Position numbers and translations under genes: made by a program
The notes under the pieces: model-generated
Databases searched by the model: none
Told to the model about the DNA's origin: nothing
Seen by the model: the letters and a program-made list of their open reading frames with translations, nothing else
Virus record (IMG/VR): IMGVR_UViG_3300044667_000096
Location: 1-30,928 of that record
From: a virus
Lineage: Duplodnaviria > Caudoviricetes
Strand: one strand, 5' to 3'
Length of the DNA: 30,928 bases
Part shown: piece by piece, positions 24,725 to 30,928 of the stretch
How positions within the stretch are numbered: position 1 is the stretch's first letter
Layout: the number at the start of each line of letters is the position of its first letter

Positions 24725-24761
24725 CCGCCCGCCAGAACCCGGGGTCAGTACTGGCGGGCGG
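24725..24761 (-). terminator. Post-capsid hairpin (terminator or stabiliser)
   Basis: 11-bp perfect stem CCGCCCGCCAG/CTGGCGGGCGG, followed on the minus strand by TCCCATTT. Confidence 0.65.
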
Positions 24762-24772
24762 AGCGATACGGG

Positions 24773-25312
24773 TCAGGAGGCGTCAGCCTCCAGATATGCG
24801 AGGACTCGGCGGAACATCTCCGGCGAGTCGCCGAAGCGGCCGAGCAGGAGGTTGTGCTCTGGACAGAGCAGTCCGCGAACACGGCCAGTCTCGTGGCAGT
24901 GGTCGACGTGCAGGTACGTCCGATACCTACCTGCGGTCAACTCCTCCGGCGTCACACCGCAGAGGGCGCAGCCGCCACCCTGCTCAGCGAGGATGCGGTC
25001 GTAATCGGCGGCACCGATCCCGTACTGGCGGCGAAGGTGCTGGTCACGCGCCTTGCCGGAGAGTTTGCGGCCTTCTTCCTTGCATTGCCGGGAGCAATAC
25101 GCGGCTGTCGCCTTGAGTTGCTTGGGTCGATACGACTTCCCGCATGTCACACAGGTGCGTTCCTCATGCTCTACAGGCGGCGGCAGTTCCCCGCGGTGGT
25201 ATGCCGCAAAGCAAGGCTTGCACCACGTGCCCCGCTTGCCCCGATAGGACGGCGAGAACGCCAGCAGTGGCCGGTCTTGCTTGCATCGGCCGCACCTCTG
25301 TTCTGATCCCAT
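24773..25312 (-). CDS. Endonuclease VII-like (His-Me finger) nuclease with N-terminal zinc fingers
   Basis: YGIGAADYDRILAEQGGGCALC...LHVDHCHETGRVRGLLCPEHNLLLG; N-terminal CGRC/CKPC and CVTC/CSRQC pairs. Confidence 0.9.
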   Translation of the reverse strand: MGSEQRCGRCKQDRPLLAFSPSYRGKRGTWCKPCFAAYHRGELPPPVEHEERTCVTCGKSYRPKQLKATAAYCSRQCKEEGRKLSGKARDQHLRRQYGIGAADYDRILAEQGGGCALCGVTPEELTAGRYRTYLHVDHCHETGRVRGLLCPEHNLLLGRFGDSPEMFRRVLAYLEADAS

Positions 25313-25343
25313 CCCCCGATTGTCTCAGAAGATGGGATCAGAA
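25301..25343 (-). promoter_or_regulatory. Hairpin sequestering the endonuclease start codon, with an internal -10 in the loop
   Basis: 13-bp perfect inverted repeat TTCTGATCCCATC/GATGGGATCAGAA; TGaGACAAT lies 6 nt before the ATG. Confidence 0.7.
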
Positions 25344-25351
25344 TCAGAAGG

Positions 25352-26770
25352 TTAGAACGTTGGGGTCGTCAAGCCAGTGCCAGACACCTTCTGCATGCCG
25401 TTGGAGTACCGGCCGAAGGTGTAGGCGAAGTAGCTGTAGGCGACCAGCAGGACGCCCAGGGATGCCGCGGCGGGCTGCTCGGCCCGGATGAACAGCGGCG
25501 CGTTCGGGTCCTCCCACAGGTGGCATTCCGACTGCGGGACGACGTACACCTCGTCCTCGTTGGTGCCCGCACCCACGTTCGTGGCGATGTTGTTGTCCAC
25601 CACGACTTCCAGCCCGCACGGCAACACGCCGCGTGGCCCGGAGGCGTACGAGCTGGCCGCGTTCGCGGTGCCAGCCGCCTGGACGGGGATGTTCGTCCAG
25701 TTGATCATCGGCCAGGTGGACGACATCTGGGACGACAGCCAGTACCAGCGCCGCGAGTGCATCACCGCGTGCGTCGGCCGACCCATCGCCAGCAGCGCCG
25801 CCTCCACCGCCGCCGTCGCCCCGAGGATCTTGGGGTACAGCTCGGCGCCGGTCGGGGAAGCGTCGGTGTAGGCGTTGGCCTGCGCGACGTTCGTCAGACC
25901 AGTCGTGGCCTGGTTCAACAGGGTGTTGTCCAGGACCGTCGCGACTCGGTTGAACAGGTCCTGCATCGTGACGTCCTCGATGCCGGTTCCGCGGTCGATC
26001 GCCTGGCGGCTGATCGTCTGCTGGCCGGCGGCGGTCTGGACGTTCACCGTCAGGAGGGTGTCGTCCATGTTCGTCTCGGACACTGCGCTGTTCTCCGACG
26101 CCTGGAGTGCAGCCGAGGAGGAGGTGGTGACGCGGGAGATGTTGACGGACATGCCGTCGGCGGGCAGCGGGTGCCGGTTGCACACGTCCGCGAACGGCCG
26201 CAGGGCCGCCGTCGCCGGGGCGTACATGTCGGTCAGGTACTGCGGGACGGTCAGCCCCGCCCAGGCGCTGGTGCCGACCGCGCGCGAGAGGTACTCGGCG
26301 CGCTCGACGCGCTCCTCGGCCATGTGCCGCGAAAGCCTGGTGGACGCCTCGACGTCCTGGAACATGTACTGCCGGGCCACGTCCATCAGGAACGACTTGC
26401 CGTACGGGTCCTGGTCCTTGCGGTAGGTGCGCTCCTCGGCACCGACGCGCGCGACCTGGTCGTAGGCGGGCTTGCGGGTCGCGGTCGGGGTGACCTCGCG
26501 CTGCTTCTCGGCGCGCTCGGCCTCCTCGGCCTTGACCTCGTTGGCGTCGGCGAGCTTGCGCTTGGCGCCCTCGATGTCGCCCTTGGCCTGCTCTCGCGCG
26601 GCCTTCAGCTCCTCGATCCGGGCGCCCTCCTCCTCCGACAGGTTGGAGCGGCCCTCCTGCTGGGCCTTGGCGAGGATGAGTTCGGTTTCCTTCAGGGTCT
26701 TGGCCGCGCGCTTCTGCGCAGCCTCCAGCTCGACCTCGATCGAAGCGATCAGGTCGTCGATGCCGGGCAT
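25352..26770 (-). CDS. Major capsid protein, HK97 fold with N-terminal coiled-coil scaffold domain
   Basis: Charged helical N-terminus, then GLTVPQYL, AGQQTISRQAIDR and VVVDNNI; follows the protease; GAAAGG spacing favours ATG 26770 over 26776. Confidence 0.92.
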   Translation of the reverse strand: MPGIDDLIASIEVELEAAQKRAAKTLKETELILAKAQQEGRSNLSEEEGARIEELKAAREQAKGDIEGAKRKLADANEVKAEEAERAEKQREVTPTATRKPAYDQVARVGAEERTYRKDQDPYGKSFLMDVARQYMFQDVEASTRLSRHMAEERVERAEYLSRAVGTSAWAGLTVPQYLTDMYAPATAALRPFADVCNRHPLPADGMSVNISRVTTSSSAALQASENSAVSETNMDDTLLTVNVQTAAGQQTISRQAIDRGTGIEDVTMQDLFNRVATVLDNTLLNQATTGLTNVAQANAYTDASPTGAELYPKILGATAAVEAALLAMGRPTHAVMHSRRWYWLSSQMSSTWPMINWTNIPVQAAGTANAASSYASGPRGVLPCGLEVVVDNNIATNVGAGTNEDEVYVVPQSECHLWEDPNAPLFIRAEQPAAASLGVLLVAYSYFAYTFGRYSNGMQKVSGTGLTTPTF

Positions 26771-26909
26771 GGGCATGCCTTTCGACAGATCCGGTAGGTG
26801 GTCATGTCGCAGCGCGACCAGCCGGAACGGCTCGGGTCATCTGCCGAGCGGCCGGGCGGTCCCGCCTCCGGGCGATCTGCCGGACGGCGTGCTTGACGTA
26901 GGGGTGCTG

Positions 26910-27707
26910 CTAGAACTCCTCGCGAGCCTTCTCCACGAGGAGGTGCGCCTGAAGCAGAGCGACCGAGGGCCCCTTGGGCTGCTCGGGCTCCGGCGGGGCC
27001 GCCCGCAGCGAGGCGGCCACGTCCAGGCGCGCACCCAGCCGCTCGTACGCCTCACGGGCGACCAACAGCGGGAGATCAGGGATGTCGTTCAGGAACTCGC
27101 CGGACCGGGCGGCGATCGAGGTGTGCGGCGACGCGCCGTAGGTGACCGGGCCGACGTCCCCGCGATCCAGGTCCACCTCGTTGATCCGGTACTCGGTGTA
27201 GTCCGGGGACCACTGCCCCTGGGTGATGCGGAACATGAACGACTGCTCGCGCACGTCTTCGTCCTCGATGGCGTGCATCAAGAGCTTGACGTCCTCACGC
27301 TTGGGGTTCAGGTACGCCCTGTCACCTAGGCCGTTCTCGTCCGCCCACAACTCCAGGCGACCGTTGCGCGTCCCGGCCATCGGCGTCCCAGCATGGTTGA
27401 ACCGGAACACCACCTCCGGGGCCGCGGCGAGTGTCTTGTCGAACGCACCCGCCGACACGACCTCGGTGTACGGGCCGAACATGTCCCACATGGTGTAGCC
27501 CTGCTCGGCAACGGAGGCGTACCCCTCGACCAGCCACCAGTCGTTGTCGTCCTTGGTGACCTTCTTGGCGCGCATCGCGGACTTGAACCGCAACTCCGGC
27601 GCGGCGGGCCGCTCCCAGGGCGTCTCCATCGGATTGGCGTCGGCCGACCGCGCGGCGGCGGCACGTGCCGTGGCGGCCTCGGCTCGCAGGGCCGTGGTGT
27701 CGGTCAT
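26910..27707 (-). CDS. HK97-family prohead protease
   Basis: VEGYASV, EVVSAGAF, FNH (His), EQSFMF (Ser) and GPVTYGA. Confidence 0.9.
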   Translation of the reverse strand: MTDTTALRAEAATARAAAARSADANPMETPWERPAAPELRFKSAMRAKKVTKDDNDWWLVEGYASVAEQGYTMWDMFGPYTEVVSAGAFDKTLAAAPEVVFRFNHAGTPMAGTRNGRLELWADENGLGDRAYLNPKREDVKLLMHAIEDEDVREQSFMFRITQGQWSPDYTEYRINEVDLDRGDVGPVTYGASPHTSIAARSGEFLNDIPDLPLLVAREAYERLGARLDVAASLRAAPPEPEQPKGPSVALLQAHLLVEKAREEF

Positions 27708-28885
27708 GTCGTCGCTCCAGTCGGTGCGCTGCCACCCGTCGGGGTGGGCGTCTTCGGGGGCCCGTACAGGCGGTCGAACTCGGCGAGCTGCGCCTCGGTG
27801 AACGGCGGCAGATCCTCCAACGCCCGCGCCTCGCTCGGCGCCAACGTCCGCGCGTCGAGCCGCGTCTTGATCGTCTGCGCGCGGGTAGCCGGATCCATCC
27901 GCAACAGCGCGTCAGTGTTCAGCTTCACGAACCGCGGACGCGAGGTGAGCTTGCTCAGCGCGTTCTCCCGGCGGGCGACCGCCGGACCCAGATGCATGAT
28001 GAGGAACTGCAAGTTGCGCTGCGTGATGTTGGCGTAGGTGATGTTGCCGGTCGACACCGCGGCGTCGATGAGGTCGCCGGGGCAGTCGAAGAACCGGGCA
28101 ATGTCCCCGACCCCGTACTTCTTGGCCTCCAGCCAGTCCGCCCCCGCCTGCTCGGCCTGGATCGGCTTGTACTCCCAGTCGGCGCCGGACACGAACATGT
28201 CGCCGTTCTGCGTCGCCGCCCTGAAGGTCTTCTTCACTGCCGCAGCCTCGGCCTTGTCCAGCGTCTTCTTGACCGTGTTCTTCAGGTGCGCCTGCGGGAT
28301 GCCGCCGTTACCGAACCAGTTCAGCGCGAAGTCCTGCACACTCAGGTACTCCGAGATGCTCCACGCCGCGTACGCCACCGGCGACAGGCCGATCGGCAGC
28401 CCCGCGACCGTGTACTGCTTCTCGTGCCACACCTGCGAGGGGTCGTATTCGATCCCGCCGATTCGGTACTTCTCGATCGTGCCGCCCTTGCCCTTGATCC
28501 CAAGTTCGGAGATCGGGACGAGTTCAATGCGGGCGGGAAATCCCATGCCGTCCCGCGCAGTGATCAGGCCGACGACATTGCCCGCCCGATCGAGATCGAA
28601 CTGCGAGCTGTACAGCCACTCCTGCATGTCGACCTGCTCACCGCCGGGCTGCACGAGCACAGGCGGCTTAGGCACCTCCACCTGCACGCCCTGCACCTTC
28701 CGATACAGGTCGACCGGCATCGTCGAGACCAGGTTCGCGCGCAGGCGCAGGCACGCCCACACCGCGCTGTGCCGTAGCGCCGTGTCGTTGGTGACGGCCG
28801 CCGTCCCGGCCCGTACTCCCGGCCGCTCCGGGATCAACTGGTCGGCCGTCGCGCCCGGGCCGCTCCGCCGGGAGAACAGGCTCAC
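27704..28885 (-). CDS. HK97-family portal protein
   Basis: ALRHSAVWACLRLRANLVSTMP, GLSPV, IARFFDCP, YANITQ and PSEARALEDLPP; GTG 28885. Confidence 0.93.
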   Translation of the reverse strand: MSLFSRRSGPGATADQLIPERPGVRAGTAAVTNDTALRHSAVWACLRLRANLVSTMPVDLYRKVQGVQVEVPKPPVLVQPGGEQVDMQEWLYSSQFDLDRAGNVVGLITARDGMGFPARIELVPISELGIKGKGGTIEKYRIGGIEYDPSQVWHEKQYTVAGLPIGLSPVAYAAWSISEYLSVQDFALNWFGNGGIPQAHLKNTVKKTLDKAEAAAVKKTFRAATQNGDMFVSGADWEYKPIQAEQAGADWLEAKKYGVGDIARFFDCPGDLIDAAVSTGNITYANITQRNLQFLIMHLGPAVARRENALSKLTSRPRFVKLNTDALLRMDPATRAQTIKTRLDARTLAPSEARALEDLPPFTEAQLAEFDRLYGPPKTPTPTGGSAPTGATT

Positions 28886-29043
28886 CGCGTCAGCCTCGCC
28901 GACACCTGCGACCCGGCCAGCACCACGCCGCCGGCCACCGCCAGCCCCGCCGGGCCGATCCACGGCCACACCGCCGCCGCCGCGCCCGCCGCCACCAGGC
29001 CCAGCCCCGCCACGTCCAGGAGGGTCGTCATCAGCTCGCGCAT
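28882..29043 (-). CDS. 53-aa two-TM membrane protein between terL and portal (absent from the ORF track)
   Basis: GGGAGGG RBS; MRELMTTLLDVAGLGLVAAGAAAAVWPWIGPAGLAVAGGVVLAGSQVSARLTR; GTGA overlap with portal. Confidence 0.75.
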   Translation of the reverse strand: MRELMTTLLDVAGLGLVAAGAAAAVWPWIGPAGLAVAGGVVLAGSQVSARLTR

Positions 29044-29052
29044 CAACCCTCC

Positions 29053-30573
29053 CTAGAAGACCGACTGCATCACGTCGTAGTTGGCGGCATCCGCAGCGAA
29101 CTTGCTGTGCGCCCACCGCGCCAGCGTCACCGCCACCAACGGCGAGATGTCCACGCTCACGCCCCGCCGGTCCCACGCCCACGCATCACCCAGTGGGCGC
29201 TTGCTCGCCCCGCTCAGGGCCGCCGACAGGGCCGGGTGCGGGATGTGCCGCACCGTGGACGCCCAACCCTCCGGCGCCTCCGGCGGGCGAACCACCGCGT
29301 CATACAGCGCGCCGCACGCCGCCGCGGCGTGCCGTGCCCGCGGCAACGTCAGCTCGATCCCCGCCGCCTCGAAATCGGCGACCAGGCTCCCCGCCGGGCC
29401 GCCAGCGTCCACCGCCACCGCACACGGTGACCACCGCTCGATCAGCGTCTTGACCCGGTCAACCACCCAGCCCGTCCCCGGACGGTGGTCGACCACCTCG
29501 ACGTGCATCAGACCGTCCGCGCGGGCGCCAGCCACCGCGATGGCCGCCGCACTGCGGTCCGGGGTAACGTCCACGGCGAAGGCCACCGGGTCCAGCGGCT
29601 CGGAGGAGGTGTCCTCGGTCGCCGACCAGGCGGCCTCGGAGATGACGTCCCAGCCGCCGCCCGACACCGGATAGTTCCCGACTGACAGCAACTCGCGGGC
29701 GAACCCCCGCGGCGACATGGATGCATGCAGTCCCGCGATCGCCTCGGTCGACACGCGGTCCGTGCCGAGCGCAGGATTACACTTCGCCCAGGTCAACGGG
29801 TCGCCGGGGTCGTCGTGCTCGGTGCAGTCCGGGCCGCACTGGTCGCTGCACAGCTGCGCCGACCACTCGAAGAACGCCAGCCCGTCCGCCGGGCCCTCCA
29901 GCGCCCGGCCCCGCACCCGCGTGATCTGCTCGCACGGCGCCAGGTCCTTGTCCGGCGCGGACCCGCCGTACCACAGCTGCGGGTTCGGCCGGGCCAGCAT
30001 CGTCGGCATCATCGCGTCGACGCTGGCGTCCGGCAGGTTCTGGCACTCGTCCCAGATCGTGCAGTCCGCCGAGAAGCCCCGGCCGGAGTTGGTCGAGCGG
30101 GCCACGAACCGCAGGCGCTGTCCTCGTGGGCACTTCTCGGTCGGAAGGAGTTCGATGCCCTCCTCGCCCTTGGAGCGGGCGACGGCCTTCACTCGCCGAC
30201 GCAGCTTCGGCGTGCTCTCGATCAGCCCCAGCACGCGGCGAAAGATCTCCCCGGCAGTCTTGAACTCGTGCGCACTGTAGAGGATCAGCTCTTCGTTGAA
30301 GATGAACAGGCCCGCGAGCATGCGCGCCTCGAAGATCGCCGACTTGCCGTTCTGGCGGGCCACGATCAGGCCGACCTCGCGCGACGACCAGCGCCGCTCG
30401 GCGCCGAGCCCCAGCGACCGCTCCAGCACCAGGCACTGCCAAGGGTCCAGCACCAGGCCCGCCGTTCGCGCCAGATCGATCGCCAGACGTCCGGCAGAGA
30501 CCGGCGCGTTCGGGTGGACGCAGATCCGCGGGTCCCGCGCGCCCAGGATCAGCCGGTCCTCCACGGCCGTCAC
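29053..30573 (-). CDS. terL: Terminase large subunit
   Basis: LDPWQ, Walker A ARQNGKS, Walker B IWDECQ, nuclease motifs AVDVTPD and DISPL. Confidence 0.95.
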   Translation of the reverse strand: MTAVEDRLILGARDPRICVHPNAPVSAGRLAIDLARTAGLVLDPWQCLVLERSLGLGAERRWSSREVGLIVARQNGKSAIFEARMLAGLFIFNEELILYSAHEFKTAGEIFRRVLGLIESTPKLRRRVKAVARSKGEEGIELLPTEKCPRGQRLRFVARSTNSGRGFSADCTIWDECQNLPDASVDAMMPTMLARPNPQLWYGGSAPDKDLAPCEQITRVRGRALEGPADGLAFFEWSAQLCSDQCGPDCTEHDDPGDPLTWAKCNPALGTDRVSTEAIAGLHASMSPRGFARELLSVGNYPVSGGGWDVISEAAWSATEDTSSEPLDPVAFAVDVTPDRSAAAIAVAGARADGLMHVEVVDHRPGTGWVVDRVKTLIERWSPCAVAVDAGGPAGSLVADFEAAGIELTLPRARHAAAACGALYDAVVRPPEAPEGWASTVRHIPHPALSAALSGASKRPLGDAWAWDRRGVSVDISPLVAVTLARWAHSKFAADAANYDVMQSVF

Positions 30574-30827
30574 GGCACGACCCTCAGCTTGCCGAACTCG
30601 TCCTGAAGGTCGGCCACGTCATCGTTGGCGGCCTCCGGCGAGGCGAGCTTGCGAAGGTCCACCAACAGCGCCCGCAACTGCGCGTGCAACATCGCCGCAG
30701 CCGCCGGACGCAGGTCCTCGGTCTCGGTGAGCCGGTCGGCGATGTCCAGGGCCGCCTGACCCTCCGGCGACTCGGTCAATTGCCACGCGGCGAGCTGCCG
30801 TTCCAGAACCCGAGTGAGGTCACTCAC
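30570..30827 (-). CDS. Terminase small subunit-like protein
   Basis: 85-aa helical protein coupled to terL; GGGAGGTG RBS; AALDIADRL...QLRALLVDL...DDVADL. Confidence 0.7.
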   Translation of the reverse strand: MSDLTRVLERQLAAWQLTESPEGQAALDIADRLTETEDLRPAAAAMLHAQLRALLVDLRKLASPEAANDDVADLQDEFGKLRVVP

Positions 30828-30928
30828 GGTGACACCTCCCGTGATCGTCCGGAACGGGATCTTGAGAGAGTCACGGAACGTGACAGGAGCACCCGTCGCT
30901 CTGGGTCACGGAGAGAGAAACGGGAGGC

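Noticed and set aside
1047-29182. Long N-terminal extensions in the ORF track (starts at 1982, 11529, 14549, 23530, 29182 and others)
   Set aside because: They overlap upstream genes; downstream starts have RBSs or stop/start coupling and mark where protein-like sequence begins.
11211-30730. Long plus-strand ORFs such as 11211-13052, 14356-16149, 17025-18767, 23116-24717 and 28038-29453
   Set aside because: Antisense shadows of real minus-strand genes, expected in high-GC DNA.

Overview
High-GC actinomycete temperate siphophage, about 31 kb. Right to left on the minus strand runs a complete late region: terS, terL, small membrane gene, portal, prohead protease, HK97-fold capsid, an inserted Endo VII-like nuclease, head-tail and tail genes, a -1 frameshifted tail chaperone, tape measure with a C-terminal NlpC/P60-like domain, Dit, minor tail genes, a PIG-L-family deacetylase and a lysis cassette. 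Left of it lie accessory genes (Phd-like fusion, GntR/UTRA plus HATPase pair, lipoprotein), a tyrosine integrase with an apparently intact attP carrying a spare 3' end of an RlmD/TrmA-type methyltransferase gene, a lambda-like repressor/cro switch with three operators, and an antirepressor. The most unusual element is at 1-487: a non-coding array of at least 12 units, each a GTC(G) linker plus 5-10 GG(G)NN pentamers with variable dinucleotides. It follows the early operon directly, runs off the window edge, and is a candidate programmable guide-RNA array. All calls come from reading motifs by eye; no searches were run.
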